Of a DNA stretch of 64,000 bases, positions 38,119 through 48,091 are shown piece by piece; the stretch's first letter is position 1; the number at the start of each line of letters is the position of its first letter. The notes under the pieces are model-generated. The model was not told where the DNA came from. It did no database searches and saw nothing but the letters and a program-made list of their open reading frames with translations. Source of the DNA: an uncultured virus (IMG/VR IMGVR_UViG_3300029288_005821). Its lineage: Duplodnaviria; Heunggongvirae; Uroviricota; Caudoviricetes. Where the stretch lies: the IMG/VR virus record IMGVR_UViG_3300029288_005821. The stretch is one strand, 5' to 3'. A program made the translations under genes and the position numbers.

Positions 38119-38865
38119 ATGAATCGGACGGCCGGAAAAAAGAAAAAATCTTTGAAGAAGAAGCCTCTAGATAAGGAGAGACTCTTGGATGAATGCACCC
38201 AAAGAGTGGCCTCTTCGAAAGAAAGGGAGACCTTCCGGAAGTTTTTGGATGAGTTGATTAAGAACAATGCACTCCCGGCTGAACTACTTCGGGAAATACC
38301 AAGAAAACCAGAAGAGATAGGAAAAACTCGATTCGACCAGCTTTATGACACCTGCATGGCTTTGGTTTTTCCGAGTTATAGGCCTGAGACTCTGAGTAAA
38401 CTTCTGGCCTCTGAAAATCTAGAGAGCCTTGAAAATATAAAGATTTGGAGGGTTATGTTCCCTCCTAAGTTCAAATTATCTCATATACTTTTGAGGGCCT
38501 CTTCGTTTCAAGAAGCCTACGCTCTTGCATGTGATTATGCCTGTCGAGTTTCCTTAAAAGCCGATGGGAAAATACCGACCGATTTAACGGTCAGAGTTCA
38601 GTTCGTAAGTGAGAGAGCAGTTCGTAGGTCACTCGATATGAGATGGGCGAATCGAGTGAAAAAACGAAAAGAGCTTCAGTTAGTGGGAAGAGAGTATTCA
38701 GCCAAAGAGATTAATGGGGCCCGTCTTGCAGCCCTTGGTGAGCCTGGCACAGATAAACACAGCTTATTCAAATATGCTGAGATAAGGGACCTCAGAAAAA
38801 TAAGAAAATTCGCCGGGAAGACAAGACAGTCAGCCGTTGAAACTGAGGTATTTCGTTCAAAATGA
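38119..38865 (+). CDS. Basic hypothetical protein, 248 aa
   Basis: Long ORF directly upstream of the purZ-like gene. Confidence 0.65.
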   Translation: MNRTAGKKKKSLKKKPLDKERLLDECTQRVASSKERETFRKFLDELIKNNALPAELLREIPRKPEEIGKTRFDQLYDTCMALVFPSYRPETLSKLLASENLESLENIKIWRVMFPPKFKLSHILLRASSFQEAYALACDYACRVSLKADGKIPTDLTVRVQFVSERAVRRSLDMRWANRVKKRKELQLVGREYSAKEINGARLAALGEPGTDKHSLFKYAEIRDLRKIRKFAGKTRQSAVETEVFRSK

Positions 38866-38884
38866 TGCGTTTGTATTATTGGTC

Positions 38885-40057
38885 ATGATTCCTGGCAAGT
38901 TCAACGTATTACTGGATCAAGCTTGGGGTAGTTCTGGCAAAGGCAAAACATCTGCCTGGCTTGCAGATCACTTTGGAGTGACTGCAGTATCAAGTTCAAA
39001 TTTTCCGAATGCAGGTCATACGGCTCGATTTTCCGATGGAACGAAATTCGTCGCTAAAGCGATCCCTACTGCTGCCATCTTGAAGAAGGCCAAAGGAATG
39101 GGGATGAAGTGTTTCATTTCTCCCGGTTCCGGTTATGACCCTCAACAACTCATCAAAGAATGGGAAGAGTGCGGGAAACCGAACTTGTATATCCATGAAC
39201 GAGCAAGCATCGTAACTGATGAGCATAAAAAGAGAGAGGCCGACGGCAGCGATTCGACAAAGCATGTCGCATCGACTATGCAAGGAACCTCTGCAGCGAT
39301 CGTAGATAAGATTCTTCGAAGAGAAAACGTTATCCTTGCTCGAAGTGGCTCAACATTAGACGCCTTTTTGAAGAAGGGTTATAATGAAGAAGTTGCCAAC
39401 GATAGTGTTCAGATCGTTGAAGCAATGCAGTTTCGCAATCTAACATATTCGATGATCGATAATGGAAAAACCTGGCTACACGAAGGCTCCCAAGGTTACG
39501 CGCTCTCGATCGATCATGGGTCGCATTACCCTTATTGCACGTCTCGAAATTGCACTCTTCAAGCTGCGATGGACCATATGGCGATCCCGCCGTCGATGAT
39601 TGGAGATGTTTATCTCAATCTTCGATCTGTCCCAATTCGTGTCGGGAATGTCTTTGAGAACGGAAAACAGCTCGGATTCTCTGGTGGTTTCTATCCAGAT
39701 TGTGAAGAACTCACCTGGGAAGAAGTAGCACGAAGAGCTGGTATGCCGGAAGATGAAGCAAAGGCTTTACCGGAAAAAGAAAGAACCACGGTCACAAAGA
39801 GAATTCGGCGAGTTTGCACTTTCTCTTTCCTTGGACTTCGTGATGCCGTAAGAACAAACGGAGTCACAAAAATCGCTCTGAATTTCGTTCAGTATTTGAA
39901 TTGGAATGACGCCGGCATTAAAGGCGGTAGAGAAGCCTTCTCGAAACTTTCCAAGGAAAGCAGAGCTTTCATCTCGAAAGTTGAAGATGAGACCGGAATT
40001 CCAGTTGTTCTGATTGGAACTGGAGCTGATCATGAAGAGATGATTAGTCTCCTCTGA
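38885..40057 (+). CDS. purZ: PurZ-type adenylosuccinate synthetase homologue (start revised to ATG 38885)
   Basis: WGSSGKG (Ser at the PurA catalytic Asp), PNAGHT, EGSQG, YPYCTSR, PIRVGN, TTVTKRIRR, and NFVQY in place of TKLD. Confidence 0.78.
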   Translation: MIPGKFNVLLDQAWGSSGKGKTSAWLADHFGVTAVSSSNFPNAGHTARFSDGTKFVAKAIPTAAILKKAKGMGMKCFISPGSGYDPQQLIKEWEECGKPNLYIHERASIVTDEHKKREADGSDSTKHVASTMQGTSAAIVDKILRRENVILARSGSTLDAFLKKGYNEEVANDSVQIVEAMQFRNLTYSMIDNGKTWLHEGSQGYALSIDHGSHYPYCTSRNCTLQAAMDHMAIPPSMIGDVYLNLRSVPIRVGNVFENGKQLGFSGGFYPDCEELTWEEVARRAGMPEDEAKALPEKERTTVTKRIRRVCTFSFLGLRDAVRTNGVTKIALNFVQYLNWNDAGIKGGREAFSKLSKESRAFISKVEDETGIPVVLIGTGADHEEMISLL

Positions 40058-40296
40058 TGCTAACTCCGAGAGTATTCCAGAAAAGCGTGCTTACTATCGC
40101 GGTCTCTAAATCAGGGGCCGCGATATATGTAGGTGTGTACAAACTTGAATACTTTCAATCATTTTCAGTTGATTTCGATCGAGAAAAAGGATTACCGGTA
40201 GTCTCGATCAAGTATTTAATGAGTCACGATTCGGAAGTTCAGATGAAAATCGAAGAAGAAACACGATATCTGAAGGCCAACGGGTGGCTCGAATAA
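40057..40296 (+). CDS. Hypothetical protein, 79 aa
   Basis: TGATG-coupled to the purZ-like gene. Confidence 0.6.
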   Translation: MLTPRVFQKSVLTIAVSKSGAAIYVGVYKLEYFQSFSVDFDREKGLPVVSIKYLMSHDSEVQMKIEEETRYLKANGWLE

Positions 40297-40301
40297 TCGA
40301 T

Positions 40302-40505
40302 TCAGGTATTTCTAGTTACTAATTCTTCGAGTCGACGCTTTATGCGTTCTACACGCGCTTCACTTTCTGCTAAGTCTCTCTTAAGATACTGATATTCACT
40401 GTTCGCGTGTTTTTCACATCTATCCGCGAAAATAGCCGGTTTACCGCACAATTCCGGATCGAACCCAGGGCCTCGATCACGAATTGGTGTTGTGCATGTT
40501 TTCAT
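40302..40505 (-). CDS. Small Cys/His plus coiled-coil protein
   Basis: C..C..CxxH followed by heptads. Confidence 0.55.
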   Translation of the reverse strand: MKTCTTPIRDRGPGFDPELCGKPAIFADRCEKHANSEYQYLKRDLAESEARVERIKRRLEELVTRNT

Positions 40506-40524
40506 AGATGTTAGATAAATACAC

Positions 40525-41085
40525 TTATTCCTGATTCTTTTTCTTTCGTTTCAAATGAATACCAATTTGATCAGGATTTCTAATCATGTATTCATGAACA
40601 CGTTCAAAGTATCCATTGAGTGGTTCAACGGCATCTTTCATCATAAGACGTTCGAACATTAACATACCGTCTTCTTCACTCCAGAGCCATTCTTCTGTTA
40701 TCGGAACGCCAACTTTAATCTGACTCCACGTGTTCCCGAATGGGAACATGAGAAGAATGTATTCAGTTTTAACGAAATGTGGTTCTGGACGTGGTATGAA
40801 TGCTTCGTGTCTCTTAATCGAGAAGAAAACACCCGGAGGAAGTTCAATTCCTTCTGATGTTGTAGTTAGCCAACGCTTTATGCTAACCCATTTAGTTTCA
40901 AAAGTTTTTATTCCGGCTTGTTTTCTACATTTCAGGGCACAGTTATAGAGTGCAGATGGGGAAAGACCGCAAGTCCAAGGACGAAAATCCGACGGCAGGC
41001 TCCTAACTTCATGCTTATCTTTAAGCCAATAACCAGGGTTTGAAGATATCCTTTGCTGTATTTTTAGTTTGATTTCAGCATCCAT
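40525..41085 (-). CDS. Hypothetical protein, 186 aa
   Basis: Long ORF with no competing frame. Confidence 0.55.
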   Translation of the reverse strand: MDAEIKLKIQQRISSNPGYWLKDKHEVRSLPSDFRPWTCGLSPSALYNCALKCRKQAGIKTFETKWVSIKRWLTTTSEGIELPPGVFFSIKRHEAFIPRPEPHFVKTEYILLMFPFGNTWSQIKVGVPITEEWLWSEEDGMLMFERLMMKDAVEPLNGYFERVHEYMIRNPDQIGIHLKRKKKNQE

Positions 41086-41097
41086 GGAGACCCCGAC

Positions 41098-42429
41098 ATG
41101 AAACCAGCGGAAGTGTTCTGTTTAGTAGGAAAAGATGGCGAACTTTTATCTCCAGCTAGTCAAGCAACCATACTAGCGAAGTACTCAAGGTCTCCACTTT
41201 CAGCCAAAGTTCTTGTTGATCAAATTACAGAAGATGAAGCCGATAAATTTCAAGAAAAGTGGGTTGTGAATTTCGGACATAACTCTGTAGCAGAATTAGC
41301 TTCACTCCCAATTTGCTTTGAAGGAATCTCTATCATTGCATCAAAATATATAGAATCTTGGCAAAGAGGCGGTTATTCTGAAAAGAGTACTAGGTATCAA
41401 GAATTTTCAAGAGACTCTTTCATAACCCCACCTGGTGCGCCATCAACTATGATAGCGTTCGCTTCAAGATTCTATGATGCCTATGAAAATTTGATGCCGA
41501 AAGTCGTTAAGAGAGTTGCTGGAATCGTTGGGGACGATCCAGAAAATCCTAAGAGAACAACAATCGCTCGAGCTTTCGACAATGTTCGGTATCTACTTCC
41601 TGCTGGAACTGGAACGAGTGTCGGAGCCAATTTATTCCTCAGAGACATTCGAGGGATGATTTCTGGACTCAAAGGGTATACGAATCCAGAATTTCGAATG
41701 CTAGGCGAACAATTAGAAATCGCCGCTACAAGTTTAGCTCCAGCATTGATTAGACATACAGAACCAGATCTTTTTCAGCTTCCGATCAAAAATCTTGGAC
41801 CGAGATTTTCTACAAACGGATTCTATGAGCCATATGTTGAGATATACCGATCACATATGATGCCAGATCCTAAAGTAGAACAGCAGGAATTTGAAAAACT
41901 CCTGCTGGAGAGACACGGGATGGATCTTAATGCTTTTTCAGAATTAATGAATTCAAGACCTCAATATTCAGAAGTTCCTGATATATTTAAAACTGTCAAA
42001 ATATCATTCGATATAATGATGGATTACGGAGCCTTTCGTGATTTACAAAGACATAGAAGATGTGAACAATTCGTAGAGCCACTGTGCACAGACTATGGAT
42101 TTGTCGTTCCAGATGATATTATTGGGACGGAACTTGAAGGTGAGTATCGAGAAGCCATGAGCTCAATACTCGCATATGAAGATGACTCAGTTGTTTACGA
42201 TCAAGATCTTTTCCAGTATATGATACCTCTCGGTTATCTTCATAGATCCATATTTCAAATGGATCTCAAAGAGCTCTACTACATCATTGAACTTCGAACA
42301 AAACCGCAAGGGCATATTTCATATAGAAGAATTGCATACCGGATGTATGAACTAGCAATGGCTAGATTTCCTCAACTAATGCAATGGTGCAGAGTTATTA
42401 AACCCGATTTTATCGGGGAACATAAATGA
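41098..42429 (+). CDS. thyX: Flavin-dependent thymidylate synthase, tandem-domain type
   Basis: GHNSVAE, SEKSTRY, RYLLP, RDLQRHR, ELRT..QGH.SYR. Confidence 0.88.
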   Translation: MKPAEVFCLVGKDGELLSPASQATILAKYSRSPLSAKVLVDQITEDEADKFQEKWVVNFGHNSVAELASLPICFEGISIIASKYIESWQRGGYSEKSTRYQEFSRDSFITPPGAPSTMIAFASRFYDAYENLMPKVVKRVAGIVGDDPENPKRTTIARAFDNVRYLLPAGTGTSVGANLFLRDIRGMISGLKGYTNPEFRMLGEQLEIAATSLAPALIRHTEPDLFQLPIKNLGPRFSTNGFYEPYVEIYRSHMMPDPKVEQQEFEKLLLERHGMDLNAFSELMNSRPQYSEVPDIFKTVKISFDIMMDYGAFRDLQRHRRCEQFVEPLCTDYGFVVPDDIIGTELEGEYREAMSSILAYEDDSVVYDQDLFQYMIPLGYLHRSIFQMDLKELYYIIELRTKPQGHISYRRIAYRMYELAMARFPQLMQWCRVIKPDFIGEHK

Positions 42430-42492
42430 GAGTCTGAGTAAGTTTACTTATCTAGTATTGATTGGCGTCATCGGTGTTGTAAGTTAACGTTG

Positions 42493-42648
42493 ATGACGCC
42501 AAATCCATGTAAAGGGAAACCGGATGAGCTAGATGTCTTAATGAGATCTTCTCGTCGTATGGCTAGTGGCCTTCAGATAACTGGAATACTCTGCATCGGA
42601 ATCGCTCTCGTAATCAGTTTAGCTGTTATGCTAGGAGTGTTAAAATGA
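42493..42648 (+). CDS. Small single-TM protein, 51 aa (below track cut-off)
   Basis: MTPNPC...ILCIGIALVISLAVMLGVLK; TGTAAGTT box upstream; stop overlaps the next start. Confidence 0.55.
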   Translation: MTPNPCKGKPDELDVLMRSSRRMASGLQITGILCIGIALVISLAVMLGVLK

Positions 42649-42860
42649 GTAATGATTTTCGTCTTCAAGTTGATGCCCCGGAGTATGAAGAAGCTCACGG
42701 AATACGTGGTTTAGAATATGTTCTTCGATATACTATCCCATCAACTTGGGAATTTCATACTTTAAATGGGTATGTACCCTATTCAGTTTGGAAAGATCTC
42801 TCAATATTAATTATAAATGCAAATGAAGTGAAATTTCGTCGCCTTAAAGAGAAAAAATGA
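42645..42860 (+). CDS. Hypothetical protein, 71 aa
   Basis: AGGAG SD; ATGA overlap. Confidence 0.55.
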   Translation: MSNDFRLQVDAPEYEEAHGIRGLEYVLRYTIPSTWEFHTLNGYVPYSVWKDLSILIINANEVKFRRLKEKK

Positions 42861-42896
42861 TCAAATCTTAAGTTTTTCAATACTTAAGGTTGTGTC

Positions 42897-43382
42897 ATGA
42901 TAAAATACGTACGAGGCGATGCCACTAAACCGTGGATCAATGAGGGTGCTAACATCATAGCTCATGTATGTAATAATGCTGGTGGGTGGGGCAGAAATGA
43001 AGGATTCACCAGTGCTTTATCGAAACGTTGGCAACAACCAGAATCTGATTATAGAGCCAAATTTTCTAGTAAAAGTATTCTACTAGGTCAAGCATATTTA
43101 ATCGAAGTTGAACCATCTTTATTCGTAGCAAATTTAATTGCTCAAAATAATTATCGAAATCGACATAATCCTAACCCGCTTGACATCAATGCATTAACTA
43201 AATGTCTTAGAAGTCTAACAAATCATTTAGTTAAAACTTTCGATGATGCAACTATCCATATGCCGCGAATCGGTTGCGGATTAGCTGGTGGTAGATGGGA
43301 AGAAATTCAACCAGTCATTGAGTCAACATTAATTGCTGCTGACATTCCGGTGATCGTATATGACTACCATGAAATGAGTTAA
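42897..43382 (+). CDS. Macro domain protein (ADP-ribose binding/hydrolase)
   Basis: GDAT, IAHVCN..GGWG, ANLIAQ, MPRIGCGLAGG.W. Confidence 0.9.
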   Translation: MIKYVRGDATKPWINEGANIIAHVCNNAGGWGRNEGFTSALSKRWQQPESDYRAKFSSKSILLGQAYLIEVEPSLFVANLIAQNNYRNRHNPNPLDINALTKCLRSLTNHLVKTFDDATIHMPRIGCGLAGGRWEEIQPVIESTLIAADIPVIVYDYHEMS

Positions 43383-43385
43383 AAC

Positions 43386-43787
43386 ATGAATTTAGGTTAT
43401 TTAGAAAGTTCACATGTTTATCGTTCAGATAGTGATGAAATCATAGCAAAACTTAAACTTCCGCACGGCGGCGGAACTAAGGAGTGTGAAATTCCCCTGA
43501 CCGCTGAACAAGTCGTATCAGCTAAAATTGAACCACACGGTAATTTTGGACGATCAAAAATAACTATTACACTAACTATTCAAGTTGAAGCTCAGGGAAC
43601 ACCTGAAGAGCATAGAGATTATTTCGCCAGGTGTTTACTCGCTAAAATAAATCAACAAAGAGAACGACTGAGTAAAATAACTGAACAACTTCGTGAAACG
43701 TTAGAAGATAAAAATAAATTAGAAGCTGATTTGCGTGCTAAAGCTGTCGTTGAGTCAGCTTTATTGGCGACGGGTCAGACAAAATAA
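43386..43787 (+). CDS. Hypothetical protein with C-terminal coiled coil
   Basis: Co-oriented ORF. Confidence 0.55.
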   Translation: MNLGYLESSHVYRSDSDEIIAKLKLPHGGGTKECEIPLTAEQVVSAKIEPHGNFGRSKITITLTIQVEAQGTPEEHRDYFARCLLAKINQQRERLSKITEQLRETLEDKNKLEADLRAKAVVESALLATGQTK

Positions 43788-43878
43788 CGCAAACTTTGCG
43801 TATTCATAGTCGGTTTTAGATTATTGGTAAAAAACTATATTGGGGAGGGTCGTTCGACCGCTAGATAGAGGACGAAAC

Positions 43879-44247
43879 TTAGGTCAATTTGTACGAAGTC
43901 GACAGCATACTATCAGGTTTATAATCGGTTTTTGCTCGTGGGTGAAGAATAGGTTCATGGAAAATTTTAGTGAGTTCAAAAACAACATGACCGCTATTTT
44001 GATCCAAAACCGGGATTTCAGCGATTGTCAAACAAGGGCCACGCTTTCCCATTTCTTCAAGAGACTCTTGGGAAAGAATCGCTTTATCGACAGGAGTAAG
44101 ACTATAACCACCGATTATCTGGCAGGTGAATATCTTTCTGCCATTTTCAGCATACAGAGGACTAGAACCGTTCTTCTTACAATCAGAAGAAATCTTACAC
44201 AACTTACATTGCATTTGAAGAACGTCAGACATAGAGAACTCTACCAA
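43879..44247 (-). CDS. Cys-rich hypothetical protein
   Basis: CxxC...C...C; more protein-like than the overlapping + ORF. Confidence 0.5.
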   Translation of the reverse strand: MVEFSMSDVLQMQCKLCKISSDCKKNGSSPLYAENGRKIFTCQIIGGYSLTPVDKAILSQESLEEMGKRGPCLTIAEIPVLDQNSGHVVFELTKIFHEPILHPRAKTDYKPDSMLSTSYKLT

Positions 44248-44278
44248 ACACAGAGTTTTTGATTTCTTACAGGGCCCA

Positions 44279-45193
44279 ATGATTAGAGAAAACCATCAAG
44301 ACCCAATACTACGTGAAGAACGAGATATCGGAAGGAATCTTGAAGATAAAGCTGTATTTGAAGTCAATTATTCAAGTGGTTCAATCGATTGGGCTAACGA
44401 CTTTGCACTAGAAAAATTAGGTTATACTCTTGAGCAGATAACCTCGATGTCCATATTCGATCTTTCCCCGGAAAGATTCCATGAAAAAGTCCGAGAGGAC
44501 ATGGCATCGGACATTCGTGATCGAGAAAAAAGATTTTCCATACTCCCTCTCCGATCTATAACCGGGGAAGTATCCTGGTGGTATGTATATCGAATAAAAT
44601 CCTCACCGCCAAAGAAGTGGTTATCTGCTGAACATCTGCAAAATACCGCCGTGGTTGGACCGGAGTTCACATTTATGTGTCTCCAGATGGAGACTGTAAA
44701 TAACCAAGCTGATCTTGAGCTAAGGATGGATGACTTAGAATCCTGGGTTCAAAATCAAGTTGAAAGAGTTGATAGAGACATCCATGGTCTAAGAGAAAAA
44801 ATAGACAGCATAGGTACAAAAACTGATCATGCTGTAAATGCAGCAAAAAATGCTGCGCAAAATTCACTTGACGCAAAAAATGCTTCGTTAGCAGTTCAGA
44901 GTGAATTTAAAGATCAGTTCAAGAAATTTGAAGATTCTCAGATAGATCACACAGCTGAGATTTTAAGACTTATTGGAATGGATTCAATTTTAGATGTTCG
45001 AATTCGAGCATTTGAAGAACATGTTAAGTCGACAACTGAACTGGCTGTGAAAACGATTGAAGCCCAAGCCGATTCAGCTGGAAAAGGACTATCGAAAAAG
45101 ATCACTATTCCAATTGGAGTGTTGGTTGGATTAGCTACAATAATTCAGATAATTTTATCACATTGGGATAAAATCATTAAATTCATTCACTAA
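44279..45193 (+). CDS. PAS domain - coiled coil - C-terminal TM protein
   Basis: PAS pattern WAND.ALEKLGYT.EQI...SIFDL.P; long heptads; terminal hydrophobic helix. Confidence 0.7.
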   Translation: MIRENHQDPILREERDIGRNLEDKAVFEVNYSSGSIDWANDFALEKLGYTLEQITSMSIFDLSPERFHEKVREDMASDIRDREKRFSILPLRSITGEVSWWYVYRIKSSPPKKWLSAEHLQNTAVVGPEFTFMCLQMETVNNQADLELRMDDLESWVQNQVERVDRDIHGLREKIDSIGTKTDHAVNAAKNAAQNSLDAKNASLAVQSEFKDQFKKFEDSQIDHTAEILRLIGMDSILDVRIRAFEEHVKSTTELAVKTIEAQADSAGKGLSKKITIPIGVLVGLATIIQIILSHWDKIIKFIH

Positions 45194-46142
45194 TCTTAGT
45201 ATATAATTCATAGATCAAATTCTTTAGACCTACGAAAGATAGATTCTCCGTATTTTTTAGTCTAAATCCGGCAGATGATAGGTGGCCACCGCCACCTTCA
45301 ATCAACTCAGCCATTTTATTAACTGGTACTCCATTCTTTTTCTTTGATCGAAAAGAAATGTGAGTATCGTATGTCCCACCCTCAAAATTTTGGAAATAAC
45401 CGACTGCTATGTCACAATCATGATTATTGATTAATTCATGAGCAGTTTCACTTATGAGTTTCTCAGTACAATTGAAAAATCCGAATTTTTTTCCTTTATA
45501 CGTTTCAATTACTGCAGTACTAGCCAAGCGAAAAGCTTTTCCTTCACTTTTCTTCAATAAGACACCGCCAAATCTTAACATTTCGTCAAGATCTAGTTCA
45601 AGTTCGCTAGCTGAAATTAATAAAGAATTTTGGTTATAAAAACTAAGAGAGTTAGCAAGACAACAAGCGTATCTCCAATCAGCATGTTCCTCTTGCCAGG
45701 TATCTCGAATCATGGAAAGCCAAGCAAATCGAGCCCATTTTTCGAGTATGAGATCATTTCTATATTTTTCAAGAGGAAGTAACGGCTTCATTACATGTTT
45801 GAATGCTAAGCTCGCACCACTATCATTTGCATCACCATAAATACCAAGTTTTCTCGTAACTTCTTCCATGGTATCATGATGATCAAGAACGATTGGACTA
45901 AATGGGATCCAATCTTCCCAGTTTCTAACTGGTGGAGACATGTCAACAAACATTTGACCTGGAGCAGCTACTAAATTTAAATGCTCCATAGTGTCATATT
46001 GAATGAAATAAATTTCGGGAAATAAACCGATAGATGCATATGCAGCTTTACAAATCATGGCTGCTGCTAACCCATCAGGACAAAATGAATGACTATATAT
46101 AGTCTTTATTGACTTCAATTTTTCAATATCGATTTGTGACAT
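45183..46142 (-). CDS. DHH/DHHA1 phosphoesterase
   Basis: H..CPDG, FVD, LDHH, SGA, SFRS, GGGH..SAG. Confidence 0.85.
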   Translation of the reverse strand: MSQIDIEKLKSIKTIYSHSFCPDGLAAAMICKAAYASIGLFPEIYFIQYDTMEHLNLVAAPGQMFVDMSPPVRNWEDWIPFSPIVLDHHDTMEEVTRKLGIYGDANDSGASLAFKHVMKPLLPLEKYRNDLILEKWARFAWLSMIRDTWQEEHADWRYACCLANSLSFYNQNSLLISASELELDLDEMLRFGGVLLKKSEGKAFRLASTAVIETYKGKKFGFFNCTEKLISETAHELINNHDCDIAVGYFQNFEGGTYDTHISFRSKKKNGVPVNKMAELIEGGGGHLSSAGFRLKNTENLSFVGLKNLIYELYTKISE

Positions 46143-46954
46143 TAAATTGATCCTCTCGAAGATAGCATGGCGTTAGTTACAGAAGAGAGAGGATTCGGGA
46201 AAAATCCGGGAAGTTTAATTGCTTGCAAAATAAGTTTTGCGAAACTATGTAAATCATCAACAGTCCCATCATTATTAACGACGAAATCAAATACTGAATC
46301 AGGAATTGTTGCCATTTCAGTTTCTGATCGATGGTTATATGGAGGTATTGGTATAGATGGTCTTTTTACTCGAATCAAGACAGGAATGAAAAATTCTGTA
46401 GTCATCTGTCTAGCAAGAAGCATCTCATGCCAGTGACGAAAATCGGCGGAACATGAAAAGAAAATATCTGGGACAGAGGCCAAATTTTCTTGACTATCTA
46501 ATCGACGTACTAGCCCCATCATTCGATCGTATTCCCAGTATAAATAATCATTCCCACGAATTTTTTGAATTTCTGTCATCATTTTATGAGTTTCAAGAGC
46601 TTTTCGAACCCAAGTATTTTCATACATGAGATTCATGAGTTCACAATAACGCTGAAGAGCTTCCCTTGGAGAAAGCCAAATCTTCGGATCTCCAGACTTA
46701 GCATCTTGGAGTTCTTCAGCAGTCATCGAGCGAGCTTCTTCTCTCAAATATCTTAAATCACCAGCATTTCGACAAGAACTTGGTCCGAAAAGTTGTTCTT
46801 CAGTAAATCCATATATATCCGCCATGTGACGTTTTGCCGGATCAGCAAGCCCAATTTTAGGGGCTCCAGTATCAGTAATTATTTGACTGGCAAACTCGTC
46901 TTTCCCAGAGCCAGAATAACCAGAAATGCAAAGTACATAGTGCTTGATAGACAT
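46142..46954 (-). CDS. Deoxynucleoside monophosphate kinase
   Basis: SGYSGSGKD, LADPAK, PREALQ, D.R...E, H.SE, NDGT. Confidence 0.85.
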   Translation of the reverse strand: MSIKHYVLCISGYSGSGKDEFASQIITDTGAPKIGLADPAKRHMADIYGFTEEQLFGPSSCRNAGDLRYLREEARSMTAEELQDAKSGDPKIWLSPREALQRYCELMNLMYENTWVRKALETHKMMTEIQKIRGNDYLYWEYDRMMGLVRRLDSQENLASVPDIFFSCSADFRHWHEMLLARQMTTEFFIPVLIRVKRPSIPIPPYNHRSETEMATIPDSVFDFVVNNDGTVDDLHSFAKLILQAIKLPGFFPNPLSSVTNAMLSSRGSI

Positions 46955-47023
46955 GTCCCTGAAAAATACAATAGATAATTATTGATAAAAATAGTCATGA
47001 ATTTATGAAATGTATTCTCGAAT

Positions 47024-47599
47024 ATGAAGAAATCAGTGACAGAGACAATGAAGAATTATATAGTTGTCATTTTAGTTAAAACCGGTGAAGAATCAGTTGA
47101 ACAAAGGTTATTTATCGTCAAAAGTTGTCTCGATATTGAGCTATTCACGAGACTTATCGTATATATGTTAGATTGCAATCCAGTAGTTCTAGGAGAAGTA
47201 GACCTACATCTGAAGAAAAATGTTAATTTTTCTTTCTTTTCTCAGCCACTTCCACCAATGTTTGTTAACCTAAGTTCTTTCATTGATCCGGAAAGATTTA
47301 CTGATGAAAGAGTAGTTAAAGAATCAGTCTGGTGTTTACTTCGAGCTGAAGACGCTCAACTGATACACAAAGATTGGAAATCAGATCCTAGATATGCAAT
47401 AGGAAAAGAAATTCTTGCAAAAAGAGATTTGGTGAAGAAAAATCCGTCAAAAGATGGACAAGAAGATAAAGAAGATGATGACGTTTATTATGCTAACAAA
47501 GTAGATCATTTTGCATGGATGTCCGACAAACGCTGGCCAGGACAATTTAAATTAGATATTGTAAGAACATCACGTTCAAATAAACGAAAGAATTCATGA
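47024..47599 (+). CDS. Hypothetical protein, 191 aa
   Basis: TGTATTCT 5 nt before ATG. Confidence 0.6.
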   Translation: MKKSVTETMKNYIVVILVKTGEESVEQRLFIVKSCLDIELFTRLIVYMLDCNPVVLGEVDLHLKKNVNFSFFSQPLPPMFVNLSSFIDPERFTDERVVKESVWCLLRAEDAQLIHKDWKSDPRYAIGKEILAKRDLVKKNPSKDGQEDKEDDDVYYANKVDHFAWMSDKRWPGQFKLDIVRTSRSNKRKNS

Positions 47600-48061
47600 T
47601 TTCATTATTGACTCAACTTCAAGAATATTTATAACAGCACGTAAACTCTCTGCTGAAACACCACTTCCAATAAGAAGTCCGCATAAAGTGCGAAAATCAA
47701 GAAGAAGAGATTGAAGTACTTCTTCTTTACTTATGCCTGGAACAACTACCGCTCCATCTGCTAATACTGGTTCTTTACTTTCAATTACACCATCGATAAT
47801 TCTGACGTCGGACGATTTAAAAATATTATATATTTCATCTACAATAACTTGCTTTGAATTCGTCCCTTGAAAATGGTCGAAAATTTTCGTTCGCTTCCCT
47901 TCTAAAGCGAGTCGAATAAAAGCAACAGCCATCAATCTAGTTCGACCAGTACGTCTGACACTTTGATCATCAGATACGAGCCATTTAATAACCTCAAGTT
48001 TATTAAGTTCACTAGCAGTGAGTTTTTCAATTATATCATAATAGTCTTTCAGTAAAGTCAT
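47594..48061 (-). CDS. Hypothetical protein ending VESIMKS (shared C-terminal motif)
   Basis: P-loop-like RRTGRT; shared terminal motif. Confidence 0.6.
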   Translation of the reverse strand: MTLLKDYYDIIEKLTASELNKLEVIKWLVSDDQSVRRTGRTRLMAVAFIRLALEGKRTKIFDHFQGTNSKQVIVDEIYNIFKSSDVRIIDGVIESKEPVLADGAVVVPGISKEEVLQSLLLDFRTLCGLLIGSGVSAESLRAVINILEVESIMKS

Positions 48062-48091
48062 TAAGAAAGACGTACAATCAGCGAGGTTACT

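Noticed and set aside
38837..40057. Canonical purA with start 38837
   Set aside because: The catalytic Asp and TKLD are missing; the -10 box and the overlap with the upstream gene favour ATG 38885.
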